DNA from: Nautiliaceae bacterium
Lineage (GTDB): Bacteria > Campylobacterota > Campylobacteria > Campylobacterales > Nautiliaceae
Direction: 5' to 3'
Assembly: GCA_039831155.1 (NCBI GenBank)
Contig: JBDONT010000037.1
Location: 1 to 41,722, forward strand
DNA length: 41,722 nucleotides
Both the position numbers and the translations under genes were made by a program. Under the pieces are notes generated by a model that was given only the letters and a program-made list of their open reading frames with translations, was not told the DNA's origin and ran no database searches. Positions within the stretch are counted from its first letter, which is position 1, and every line of letters begins with the position of its first letter. Of this stretch, positions 19,868 through 29,299 are shown piece after piece.

Positions 19868-20386
19868 ATGGCTAATAAATTTATATTCGCGGATGCTACT
19901 AAATGTATAGGATGTTTGAATTGTGAACTTGCTTGTGCTGCTAGTCATATGGGAGTTGATATAGAAGAAGCTTATGAAATGGGATTGCAAAATAAAGAGT
20001 TGATTCATAGAAATACGGTTATTCATCAAGCTAATTTAACGGCTCCTATGCAATGTATGCAGTGTGAAGACGCACCTTGTGTCAAAGCGTGTCCTATAGA
20101 TATTATTAAATATGAAAACAATTATGTAAAAATTTATGAAGAGGATTGTATAGGATGTAGAAGCTGTGCTATCGTATGTCCTTTCGGGGCTATCGTAATG
20201 GCTCCTAGTAGTTCCACTAACGTAACGGGACTTGTGGCTCTTAAATGTGATTTATGCGGAGGAGAAGAAGGAAAACAGGCATGTGTTAATATATGTCCGA
20301 CTGATGCTTTGGAACTAATAGATTACGAAGAGTACAAACTTAGAAAACAAAAACAGGCATTTGAGAGATTAAATCAACATGCATGA
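19868..20386 (+). CDS. CooF/HydN-like 4x[4Fe-4S] electron-transfer protein
   Basis: CIGCLNCELAC, CMQCEDAPCVKACP, CIGCRSCAIVCPFG and KCDLC...CVNICP. Confidence 0.88.
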   Translation: MANKFIFADATKCIGCLNCELACAASHMGVDIEEAYEMGLQNKELIHRNTVIHQANLTAPMQCMQCEDAPCVKACPIDIIKYENNYVKIYEEDCIGCRSCAIVCPFGAIVMAPSSSTNVTGLVALKCDLCGGEEGKQACVNICPTDALELIDYEEYKLRKQKQAFERLNQHA

Positions 20387-20714
20387 ATTATCTGTCGTGC
20401 AGTCGATGATAAAAGTGGTTGAAAAATTTGCTAAAAATAAAGAGGTAACGAAGATAGTTGTAAAAATAGGGAAAATGAGCGGGGTAGAACCCTATTTTTT
20501 AAAAGAGAGTTTTGATTTTTTTAAAGAAAATACGGTATGCAAAAATGCCGAAATAGAAATAGTTGAAGTAGATATTAAAATTAAATGTTTCGAATGCGGA
20601 GAAATAAGTTTGGTAAAAGGATTTGATTTTCATTGTCCTATTTGTGGAAGTGAAAAAACCAAAGTAGTTTCCGGGGAGGAAATGCATATAGAATATATAG
20701 AGGTAAAGGAGTGA
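20379..20714 (+). CDS. hypA: Hydrogenase nickel metallochaperone
   Basis: MHELS start; CFECG and CPICGS; SGEEM. Confidence 0.95.
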   Translation: MHELSVVQSMIKVVEKFAKNKEVTKIVVKIGKMSGVEPYFLKESFDFFKENTVCKNAEIEIVEVDIKIKCFECGEISLVKGFDFHCPICGSEKTKVVSGEEMHIEYIEVKE

Positions 20715-22138
20715 AAATGAAAAAACATTACAAAAGAATTCCGAAACAAATTCAAAGAAAAAGAGAAGCTCATGAAAGAAAAAGGGATTTTGAGCCTATT
20801 TATCATGAATTTACGAAAGAAGAAGCAACTGAACAAGCTCAAAGATGTATTACTTGTCCTATTGATATTTTAAGAGGATTAGAGAGTGAATTTAAATTTT
20901 GTAGAACGGGATGTCCTTTAAATAATTACATTCCTCAATGGATAAGAGAAGTTAGATTGGGAAATATTGAAAAAGCTTTCGAACTTAGTAACGAAACCTC
21001 TCCTTTTCCGGAAATTTTAGGAAGAGTATGTCCTCATGATAATTTATGTCAGGGAAGTTGTACTATAGCTAAGACCGAACACGGAAGTGTAAGTATAGGT
21101 GCTATAGAGGTATTTATAAGTGAGGAAGGATTTAAAAAAGGATTGAAACCTTATTACGGAGAAGATAAAAAAAGAAAAAAAAGAGTTGCGATAATAGGGA
21201 GCGGACCTGCCGGTATGAGTTGTGCGACGTTTTTGTTAAGAGGTGGGGCTAATGTGGAGATTTTTGAAAAATCTGACAGACCCGGAGGTCTTTTAACATA
21301 TGGTATTCCTAATTTTAAACTTCATAAAGACGTAGTTTTCAGAAGATTCAAATGGATGAAAGAAGCCGGGCTTAAACTTCATCTTAACCATCCTATTTTA
21401 ACCGAAGAAGAATTTGAAAAAATAGTAAACGAATTTGATGCGGTGTTTATAGGTGTGGGAGCTCCAAGCGGCAGAGGTGCCAGAATGGAAAATGAAGACG
21501 CAAACGGTGTTTATCACGTAATGGATGTTCTTACTCACGCTCAAAAAAGAGTATTCCAAGATTTTGACGATTGTATTTTAGAAGGTAAAAGAGTTATTGT
21601 TTTAGGTGGTGGGGATAGTGCTATGGATGCTGTCAGAACCGCTATAAGAAGCGGTGCTAAAGAGGTTACGTGCGTTTACAGAAGAGATGAGGCTAATATG
21701 CCGGGAAGTAAAAAAGAGGTAATTAACGCAAAAGAAGAGGGAGTTAAATTTATGTTTTACACCGCTCCTAAAGCTGTAAAAGTTGATGATAATAATAACG
21801 TAATAGGACTTGTATGTCAAAAAACCGAACTGGGAGAGCCTGATAGCAGCGGAAGAAGAAGGGTTCAGGTTGTAGAGGGAAGCGATTTTGAAATTCCTTG
21901 CGATATAGTTATTCTTGCATTAGGCTTTGATAACGTTAAATTTCCATGGTATGAACACGCGGGAATTGAAACCGATAAATGGGGTTGTCCGTTGGTTGAT
22001 AAAAGAAAAAGAACAAGCAATCCTAAAGTATATGCCGGAGGAGATGCGGTAAGAGGAGCCGATTTGGTTGTAACGGCTGCAAGAGACGGAAGAGATGCTG
22101 CATTTGCTATTTTAGAGGATTTAGGCTTAAAGGATTAA
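20711..22138 (+). CDS. GltD-like Fe-S/FAD NAD(P)H oxidoreductase (no gltB partner in the window)
   Basis: RC..C...C..GCP, GRVCP....[30 protein letters not shown] and [13 protein letters not shown] motifs. Confidence 0.88.
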   Translation: MKMKKHYKRIPKQIQRKREAHERKRDFEPIYHEFTKEEATEQAQRCITCPIDILRGLESEFKFCRTGCPLNNYIPQWIREVRLGNIEKAFELSNETSPFPEILGRVCPHDNLCQGSCTIAKTEHGSVSIGAIEVFISEEGFKKGLKPYYGEDKKRKKRVAIIGSGPAGMSCATFLLRGGANVEIFEKSDRPGGLLTYGIPNFKLHKDVVFRRFKWMKEAGLKLHLNHPILTEEEFEKIVNEFDAVFIGVGAPSGRGARMENEDANGVYHVMDVLTHAQKRVFQDFDDCILEGKRVIVLGGGDSAMDAVRTAIRSGAKEVTCVYRRDEANMPGSKKEVINAKEEGVKFMFYTAPKAVKVDDNNNVIGLVCQKTELGEPDSSGRRRVQVVEGSDFEIPCDIVILALGFDNVKFPWYEHAGIETDKWGCPLVDKRKRTSNPKVYAGGDAVRGADLVVTAARDGRDAAFAILEDLGLKD

Positions 22139-22140
22139 AA

Positions 22141-23847
22141 ATGACACCTATTTATACGAGTGATGTGGTAATTGTAGGAGCGGGGCTTGCCGGACTTGCC
22201 GCAGCGAGAGAACTTGTTAAGGGAGGAAAAGATGTTATAGTATTGACTAAACTTCATCCTCTACGTTCTCATTCCGGTGCCGCTCAGGGAGGAATTAACG
22301 CCGCTTTGAGTGAAGATGACGATGTTGAGCTTCATATGTTCGATACGGTTAAAGGAAGTGATTATCTTGCTGACCAGGATGCGGTGGAACTTATGTGTAA
22401 GAAAGCTCCCGAGACAATCAGATGGATTGAGAGAATGGGAGCGGTATTCAGCAGACGCGAAGATGGAAGAATTGCTCAAAGACCTTTTGGAGGACAAAGT
22501 AAACCTAGAGCTTGTTTCGCAAAAGACAGAACCGGTCTTACTCTTCTTCAGACAATGTATGAGCAGTGTGTAAGAGAAGGTGTTAGGATTTTAGACGAGT
22601 GGTATGTTGCGGACGTATTGTATGAAGACGGTAAAGCATACGGGGTTGCCGCATATAATTTAAAGGATTTGACTCCGGCTGTTTTTAATGCAAAAGCGGT
22701 TATGTTTGCGACCGGAGGATATGCAAGAGCGTTTAAGATTAATTCGAACGCACACGCCAATACGGGGGACGGGCTTTCTATTTTAGCCAGACGCGGTATC
22801 CCTCTTGAGGATATGGAGTTCGTTCAGTTTCACCCGACAGGACTTGCCGGTAGCGGAGTTTTGATGAGTGAAGCCGCAAGGGGTGAAGGAGGAAGACTTT
22901 ATAACTCTTTGGGTGAAAGGTTTATGGAAAAATACGCTCCGGAAAAAATGGAACTAGCTCCCCGTGATGTTGTAAGCCGTGCTATTATGAAAGAGATAAT
23001 CGAGGGCAGGGGAGCTAAAGAAGACCCTTTTGCGGTATATCTTGATTTAACTCATTTAGGGGAGAAAAAAATAAATGAAAGACTTCCGGAGCTTAGAGAC
23101 CTTGCACTGACTTTCCTTGGACGCGATATGGTAAAAGAGCCTATTTTAATTGCGGCTACCGCTCATTATTCTATGGGAGGAATTCCGGTTGATATAAACG
23201 GACGTGTAAAAAAATCTCCTAATGAACTTACGGAAGGGCTTTATGCTGCAGGAGAATGTGCTTGTGTAAGTGTTCACGGGGCAAATAGACTCGGAGCTAA
23301 TTCTCTGCTTGAAGCTCTTTTTTACGGAAGATGGGTAGGAGAGAATATTTTAAATGACTTGGGTAAAATTTCTTTAAAAGAGGCTTCCGAAAGGGATGCT
23401 AAGAATATGTTGGAAGAAGTTGAATTTATTTTAAATGCAAACGGAAATGAGAAGGTTTCTAAAATAAGAGAAGAGCTTCAAGAAACTATGAGTACGAAAG
23501 TGGGTGTTTTTAGAGAAGAAAAAACTATGCTTGAAGCCAAAGAAAAGTTAAAAGAATTGAGAAAAAGATTTAAAAATATAAAACTTGATGATAAAAGTAA
23601 AATGTACAATACCGACCTTCAAGAAGCTATTGAACTCGGACATATGCTGGATTACGCTTTATTTATCGCAGAAGGAGCTATTAATAGAAAAGAATCTCGT
23701 GGAGCTCATTATAGGGAAGATTATCCGAAAAGGGACGATGAAAACTTTTTAAAACATACGTTCGGTTATCTTGAGGGCGATGATATTAAGGTGGAATATT
23801 CGAATGTTAAGATTACTAAATTTGAACCTCAAGAGCGTAAATATTAA
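22141..23847 (+). CDS. sdhA: Fumarate reductase/succinate dehydrogenase flavoprotein subunit
   Basis: [16 protein letters not shown] (FAD His), [26 protein letters not shown] and HGANRLG motifs; no Tat leader. Confidence 0.93.
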   Translation: MTPIYTSDVVIVGAGLAGLAAARELVKGGKDVIVLTKLHPLRSHSGAAQGGINAALSEDDDVELHMFDTVKGSDYLADQDAVELMCKKAPETIRWIERMGAVFSRREDGRIAQRPFGGQSKPRACFAKDRTGLTLLQTMYEQCVREGVRILDEWYVADVLYEDGKAYGVAAYNLKDLTPAVFNAKAVMFATGGYARAFKINSNAHANTGDGLSILARRGIPLEDMEFVQFHPTGLAGSGVLMSEAARGEGGRLYNSLGERFMEKYAPEKMELAPRDVVSRAIMKEIIEGRGAKEDPFAVYLDLTHLGEKKINERLPELRDLALTFLGRDMVKEPILIAATAHYSMGGIPVDINGRVKKSPNELTEGLYAAGECACVSVHGANRLGANSLLEALFYGRWVGENILNDLGKISLKEASERDAKNMLEEVEFILNANGNEKVSKIREELQETMSTKVGVFREEKTMLEAKEKLKELRKRFKNIKLDDKSKMYNTDLQEAIELGHMLDYALFIAEGAINRKESRGAHYREDYPKRDDENFLKHTFGYLEGDDIKVEYSNVKITKFEPQERKY

Positions 23848-23857
23848 AGGATGAGAG

Positions 23858-24826
23858 ATGAAAGTGACGTTTAAAGTTTATAGATTCAATCCTGAAACGG
23901 ATAAATCTCCTCATTATGAAACTTATAATTTGGAAATGGGAGAAGATAAAGTAATTTTAGATGCTTTGAATTATATAAAATGGGAAATAGACGGGAGTTT
24001 AAGTTATAGAAGAAGTTGTAGGCATGGTATTTGCGGGAGTTGTGCTATAAAATTAAACGGTAAGAACGTTCTTGCTTGTAAAACTCCTATTAAAAAAGCG
24101 GTTGAAATGTTCGGAAATACTCTTGTGATAGAGCCTTTAAGTAAAAATAAAGATAAAGTTATAAAAGATTTGGTTAACGAGAAAAAAGATTTTTGGGACA
24201 AAAACGCAAAAATAAAACCTTATTTGATAGCTGAAATAGAAGAACATCCTAAAGAAGAAAATTTGATAAAACCTCCTCTTGTGGAGTTATTGGAAGAGGC
24301 GGATTACTGTATTGCGTGCGGATGTTGTTATTATACTTGTGAGAGTGTAAGAGCTAATAAAGAGTTTTTAGGACCTCAAGCACTTGCGAAAACTTACAGA
24401 TTTACGGCCGATGTAAGGGATGAGGCTAAAAAAGAGAGACTGGAAATCGTTAACGAGCTTGGTATAGGAATTTGGGACTGTGTGAAATGTCAAGCATGTA
24501 TAGAGGTATGTCCTAAAGGGGTTGATCCTTTTACTAAAATCACTCATCTTCACAATCAGGCTTTTGAGGAGGGTGTCGCTAAAAGGAACGTTGCTACAAA
24601 ACATGCCGAAGGTTTTGTACATTCTATTAAGAAACACGGAATTTTGGATGAAGGGATGCTTGTTTTATATTCCGAAGGTTTGGGTGTTGTAAGGCATTTG
24701 CCGGAGGCTTTTGAGATGTTTAAAAAAGGTAAAATCAAACTTCCGTGGGAGATGCCAAAAAGCGAAAAACTGGATGAAATCCAAAAACTTATAGAAATTT
24801 CTCAAACCCATGAGTTAAAGGACTGA
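23858..24826 (+). CDS. sdhB: Fumarate reductase/SDH iron-sulfur subunit, E-type with C-terminal extension
   Basis: SCRHGICGSC..C [2Fe-2S], CIACGCCYYTC and CVKCQACIEVCP. Confidence 0.9.
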   Translation: MKVTFKVYRFNPETDKSPHYETYNLEMGEDKVILDALNYIKWEIDGSLSYRRSCRHGICGSCAIKLNGKNVLACKTPIKKAVEMFGNTLVIEPLSKNKDKVIKDLVNEKKDFWDKNAKIKPYLIAEIEEHPKEENLIKPPLVELLEEADYCIACGCCYYTCESVRANKEFLGPQALAKTYRFTADVRDEAKKERLEIVNELGIGIWDCVKCQACIEVCPKGVDPFTKITHLHNQAFEEGVAKRNVATKHAEGFVHSIKKHGILDEGMLVLYSEGLGVVRHLPEAFEMFKKGKIKLPWEMPKSEKLDEIQKLIEISQTHELKD

Positions 24827-24827
24827 T

Positions 24828-25685
24828 ATGAAATATGCGTTATATACCGGATGTACGGCAAAAGAGTCAACTCCCGAACTTTTAAAATCTACTCTTGCGG
24901 TAGCTGAAGTTTTGGGAATTGAAATTGAAGTTCTTAATGAGGCCAGTTGTTGCGGGGCTAGTCATTTGCAGGATTTTGACGAATTTCTCGCTCTTACTCT
25001 AAATGCCAGAAATATTTGTTTAGCCGAAAAAAGAGGGCTTAAACTAGTGACTCTTTGTAATACGTGTCAGCTTATGCTTGAAGAGACTAAAAGAAAACTT
25101 GACAGTGATGAAAAACTAAAAGAAAAAGTAAATGAAAAATTAAGAGAAATCGGATATGAATATAAAGGCACTTCAAGAGTTCAGCACTTTTTGTATGCGA
25201 TTCTTGAGGATATAGGACTTGAAGAGATTTCAAAACACGTAAAAAAACCTTTAAACGCAAAAATAGCCCCTTTTTACGGGTGTCATATTATAAGACCTTC
25301 AAAGACCCATAACGGAGATAATTTAAACGAAAATCCTTACAAACCGAACGCTATTGAGAGTTTGATTAAAGTTATGATGGGAGAAGCGGTTGATTACGCT
25401 ATGAAAACCAAATGCTGCGGGTTTCATGTCGATTTGCAAAACACACCAGTGAGTGAAAAACTGACGGCTTCGGCTCTTGTTGACGCTAAAGAAAACGGGG
25501 CTGAAATGATGGTAACTCCTTGTCCTTTATGTCATTTGAATATTGACGTAAAACAAAGAAGTGCGTTAAAAAAAGTCAATAAGGATTTTAAACTGCCGGT
25601 ACTTCATCTCCCTCAGCTTTTAGGACTTGCTTTTGGAATAGAAAAAGAAAAACTCGGATTAAAACATCACGTTATTCCTCTTTAG
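24828..25685 (+). CDS. CCG-domain (HdrB/SdhE-like) subunit
   Basis: YTGC..CCG..CNTC and FYGC..CCG..CPLC, i.e. two CCG domains. Confidence 0.9.
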   Translation: MKYALYTGCTAKESTPELLKSTLAVAEVLGIEIEVLNEASCCGASHLQDFDEFLALTLNARNICLAEKRGLKLVTLCNTCQLMLEETKRKLDSDEKLKEKVNEKLREIGYEYKGTSRVQHFLYAILEDIGLEEISKHVKKPLNAKIAPFYGCHIIRPSKTHNGDNLNENPYKPNAIESLIKVMMGEAVDYAMKTKCCGFHVDLQNTPVSEKLTASALVDAKENGAEMMVTPCPLCHLNIDVKQRSALKKVNKDFKLPVLHLPQLLGLAFGIEKEKLGLKHHVIPL

Positions 25686-25989
25686 AAGCCGAACAGTTTT
25701 TAAAAGGAGGTAAGGAGATATTTAATCTTTTTATCTCCTCTAATGCACACTTCCTGAAATTTTCCGGATTTTTTTCGATGGAAAATATAACTTTTTTACC
25801 TTCTCTTTTGGAGTTTAAAAAGCCGCTCTCTTTTAATATTTTAAGATGTCTTGAGAGTCTTGACTGAAGCATATTAAAACTTGCTTCTAGTTCACATACG
25901 CATATATTGTCGTACGTTAATATAAATTTTAAGATTTTTATTCTCGTTTCGTCTTTTAAGGCGGCTACCGTTTTTAAAAAATCTTCCAT
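25672..25989 (-). CDS. ArsR/SmtB-family repressor with alpha3 CVC motif
   Basis: MEDFLKTVAALKDETRIKIL, ICVCEL and QSRLSRHLKIL; true start ATG 25989 with AGGA SD upstream. Confidence 0.9.
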   Translation of the reverse strand: MEDFLKTVAALKDETRIKILKFILTYDNICVCELEASFNMLQSRLSRHLKILKESGFLNSKREGKKVIFSIEKNPENFRKCALEEIKRLNISLPPFKNCSASKEE

Positions 25990-25997
25990 AACACTTC

Positions 25998-26996
25998 CTA
26001 AAGAATTTCTTTTAAATGTTTTAATGTAAATAAAAGGGTAACGGTCCACATACTTAATAAGAGCCAGAAAATGCCGTATCCTATGTAATTTATTAAATCT
26101 AATTTTAACATTTTTGATATGAGATGCGAAGAAGTACAAAACGCTCCTAAAGGGAATATAAAAGCCCACCATGCCATCGAATAGTTCAGTTGAGATTTTT
26201 TTATATAGTTTAATGTCATAATTATAGCCGTAATAAGCCACCACAGTCCAAATCCCCAAAAAAGAAGGGTAAATACGAAAAAAGGTTCTTTAGGATAGGA
26301 AGAATTGTTGATGATATTGATAAGGGCTATGCTTCCAGCACCTATAGGACCTAGATTAATCCATATTGTAGGGGCTATTTTCCCCGGTAAAGGAGAATGG
26401 AGTATAAGTCTGTAGATTATTATACACAACAAAGCGGAATAAAGAAAAAAACCGGCTCCCCAGGATGAGTAGTTTATCAGAGTGATTGTTTCGTTTAACG
26501 TTTTTGAAAAGGAGTGTTCGAAAAAACTTCCCGCTATTGGAATTACTATAAGACCTACCGGCGGAATGTACCATCCCGGATTTATATGTTCTATTTTTAT
26601 ATTTTCATGGGAAAACATAATAAGAGGCACCGTAAAAGCGAAAAATATCATCAAAGCGGTACCTGCACTCCAAAAATAAAATGAAAGCCGGTAATCTTTA
26701 AACAGTGTCAAAAATCCTGCGGCTATTACCAGCATAGCTACTGCTATTGTCGGATAAAAGGCGGTTGTTATGGGATGGAAGAGATCTTTTTTCGCTTCCT
26801 CAAAAAAAAGAATCCATCTTAAACTCCACGGTACCAGTAAAATAAAAAACATAAAGATATTAAAATAAAACAGCATATAAGCAAGCGGTTTTAAAAAATG
26901 ACAAAAGGGCGAATAGAAATAAGCACTTACGGATAAAATTCCGGTTCCCATAATCATCGCGAACCATGAAGGTGTGAAATTTTTTATCATTTGCAT
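25998..26996 (-). CDS. TDT (TehA/Mae1/SLAC1) family transporter
   Basis: PSWFAMIMGTG, PGWYIPPVG, WINLGPIG and WWAFIFPLG motifs; about 10 TM segments. Confidence 0.9.
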   Translation of the reverse strand: MQMIKNFTPSWFAMIMGTGILSVSAYFYSPFCHFLKPLAYMLFYFNIFMFFILLVPWSLRWILFFEEAKKDLFHPITTAFYPTIAVAMLVIAAGFLTLFKDYRLSFYFWSAGTALMIFFAFTVPLIMFSHENIKIEHINPGWYIPPVGLIVIPIAGSFFEHSFSKTLNETITLINYSSWGAGFFLYSALLCIIIYRLILHSPLPGKIAPTIWINLGPIGAGSIALINIINNSSYPKEPFFVFTLLFWGFGLWWLITAIIMTLNYIKKSQLNYSMAWWAFIFPLGAFCTSSHLISKMLKLDLINYIGYGIFWLLLSMWTVTLLFTLKHLKEIL

Positions 26997-27034
26997 AGTG
27001 TATCCTTTTTTTTGTTATTGTAATATAAATTTAT

Positions 27035-27062
27035 AAACATATCAAGATATTTTGATATGTTT
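27035..27062. promoter_or_regulatory. 11-6-11 inverted repeat, probable ArsR operator
   Basis: AAACATATCAA-GATATT-TTGATATGTTT, just upstream of the minus-strand TACAAT (27017-27022). Confidence 0.8.
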
Positions 27063-27118
27063 TTCTTTTACAATTAATTTTGATAAAATTAAATAAAAAA
27101 CCGCAAAAGGGGAAATAC

Positions 27119-28354
27119 ATGAAAGAGGTGCTACAAAAAGTAAAAGAGGCTTCAAGGGTTGTTTCTACTTTAAAAGGGGAAGTTAAAAGAAAAGTTTTAA
27201 AAGAGATGGCTAAGGCTTTGATTGATAATTCTAAAACTATTATAAATGAGAATAAAAAAGACTTGGAATATGCAAAAGAGGCTAATTTGTCTTCCGCTCT
27301 TATAGACAGACTGTTACTTGATGAGAAAAGAGTCTCTTCAATGGCTAAAGCTTTGGAGGATATTGCAGCTTTAAAAGACCCGGTGGGAAGAGTGATTGAC
27401 GGTTGGGTTTTGGATAACGGGCTTAGAATTGAAAAAGTTAAAATTCCAATCGGGGTAATAGGTATTATTTACGAATCAAGACCGAACGTTACAAGTGATG
27501 CTGCCGGGCTTTGTTTTATGAGTGGGAACGCTTGTATCTTAAAAGGTGGAAAAGAGGCTATGCATTCAAATAAAGCCATTATCAAGGTTTTACAAGACGT
27601 GCTTGAGAAAAACTCTTTACCGAAAGAGATAATATCTTTACTTCCGGATTATTCAAGAGAAGGGGTTTATAAACTTATTCAGGAAGATAAGTATGTGGAT
27701 TTGATTATTCCAAGAGGAGGGGAAAAACTGATTAAGTTTGTGAGTGAAAATTCAAAAGTTCCCGTTGTAAAACACGATAAAGGGCTTTGCCATATTTATG
27801 TGCACACTAAAGCCGATATAAAAGAGGGAGTAGATATCGTTGTAAACGCAAAAACTCAAAGACCGGGCGTTTGTAATGCCGTTGAGACCCTTCTTGTAGA
27901 TGAAAAAATAGCAAAAGAGTTTTTACCGGTTGTGGCTAAGGCTTTGGAGGAAAAAGGAGTTGAGCTTAGAGGATGTGAAAAAACAAGAGAAATTGTAGAT
28001 ATGAAAGAAGCGACACAAGAAGACTGGCATACGGAATATTTGGATTTGATTTTATCTATTAAAGTTGTAAGTGATTTGGATGAAGCGATTAAACATATAG
28101 AAATATACGGAAGTGGTCATAGTGACAGTATAATAACCAATGATTATAATGCGGCAGAAGAGTTTTTAAACAGAGTTGACAGTGCGTGTGTTTACGTAAA
28201 CGCTTCTACCAGATTTACCGACGGAGGAGAGTTTGGGTTCGGGGCTGAAGTTGGAATATCTACGAATAAACTTCACGCAAGAGGACCTATGGGGATTGAC
28301 GATTTAACAACGTATAAATATAAAATTTACGGAAACGGACAAATTAGAAATTAA
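27119..28354 (+). CDS. proA: Gamma-glutamyl phosphate reductase
   Basis: IYESRPNVT, IPRGG, CNAVETLL, NASTRFTDG and KLHARGP; start ATG 27119 after TGATAAAAT (27081) and a GGGGA SD. Confidence 0.97.
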   Translation: MKEVLQKVKEASRVVSTLKGEVKRKVLKEMAKALIDNSKTIINENKKDLEYAKEANLSSALIDRLLLDEKRVSSMAKALEDIAALKDPVGRVIDGWVLDNGLRIEKVKIPIGVIGIIYESRPNVTSDAAGLCFMSGNACILKGGKEAMHSNKAIIKVLQDVLEKNSLPKEIISLLPDYSREGVYKLIQEDKYVDLIIPRGGEKLIKFVSENSKVPVVKHDKGLCHIYVHTKADIKEGVDIVVNAKTQRPGVCNAVETLLVDEKIAKEFLPVVAKALEEKGVELRGCEKTREIVDMKEATQEDWHTEYLDLILSIKVVSDLDEAIKHIEIYGSGHSDSIITNDYNAAEEFLNRVDSACVYVNASTRFTDGGEFGFGAEVGISTNKLHARGPMGIDDLTTYKYKIYGNGQIRN

Positions 28355-28363
28355 GGAGATATA

Positions 28364-29263
28364 GTGATAGCAATTGATTTGGGAAGTAATACCATAAGAG
28401 CGATTAAGTACGATTGTGCAACCGATACTAAATTAAAAGAGTTTGAAAGAATAGTACGAACGGCAGATAACCTGGTAAAAACCGGAGGAATTACCGATGA
28501 GAGTATAGATAGGATAATAAAAGCGATAGAAGATATGAAGATTGTTTTAGGAGAAGATGATAAAATAAAAGCAGTGGCTACCGAAGCTTTAAGAAGTGCA
28601 AAAAACAGTGAATATGTAATTGAAAAGATAAAAGAAAAAACGGGGATTGAGTTTGAAATTATTTCTCCTAAAGAAGAAGCCGATTTTGCAGCCATAGCAG
28701 TTGAGACTTGTTTAAAAAAGTGTGGGATAGAGCCTTATAACCATTTTTTATTGGTTGATATAGGAGGTGGAAGTACGGAGATTACTTTAAAAAATAAAGA
28801 GAATATTTTAAGTGAAAGTTTTAGACTGGGAATGGTAACGTTAACCCAAAGACACAAAACCCCGGAATCTATTAAATTCGCTATTAAGAAAAAATCTAAA
28901 TTTATAAAAGAGTTTTTGGATTTTGCTTTTAACACCTTAAGAAGACCTAAGCATTTTGTGGCGTCTTCCGGGACTCCTACGACTATTGCGGCTTTAAAAC
29001 TTGGTATGAATTATAAAACTTATAATCCTCAAAGGGTAAACGGGACTAAGATTACTATTGAAGATTTGGATTTTTGGGCTGAAAAATTAATGAAAATGGA
29101 GATGAAAAAAAGAGAAGAGCTTGTAGGAGTTGGAAGAGGCGATTTGATTATAAGTGGAATTTATATTTTTAAAGAGATTTTTAAACTGGCAAAATATCGT
29201 GAATGCATAGTTTGTGATGACGGTATAAGAGAGGGTGTTGCTATTAGCGAATGTAAAAAGTAA
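28364..29263 (+). CDS. Ppx/GppA family phosphatase
   Basis: IDLGSNT, ATEALR, DIGGGSTE and GIREG motifs. Confidence 0.92.
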   Translation: MIAIDLGSNTIRAIKYDCATDTKLKEFERIVRTADNLVKTGGITDESIDRIIKAIEDMKIVLGEDDKIKAVATEALRSAKNSEYVIEKIKEKTGIEFEIISPKEEADFAAIAVETCLKKCGIEPYNHFLLVDIGGGSTEITLKNKENILSESFRLGMVTLTQRHKTPESIKFAIKKKSKFIKEFLDFAFNTLRRPKHFVASSGTPTTIAALKLGMNYKTYNPQRVNGTKITIEDLDFWAEKLMKMEMKKREELVGVGRGDLIISGIYIFKEIFKLAKYRECIVCDDGIREGVAISECKK

Positions 29264-29299
29264 TTTTTATTTGTTATAATTCTGACAAAAAGGTTTTTT

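Noticed and set aside
12908-20386. Calling the cluster complex I (nuo) or evidence of CO oxidation
   Set aside because: The large subunit has both Ni-binding CxxC motifs and hypA follows; no CODH gene is in the window.
24828-25685. Methanogen-type heterodisulfide reductase
   Set aside because: The CCG protein follows sdhAB with no hdrA, which fits an E-type SDH/FRD subunit.
25990-26259. 90-aa N-terminal extension of ArsR in the ORF track
   Set aside because: It overlaps the TDT gene; the ArsR fold and SD begin at ATG 25989.
27080-27118. TTG-start extension of proA
   Set aside because: It coincides with the -10 box; the SD supports ATG 27119.
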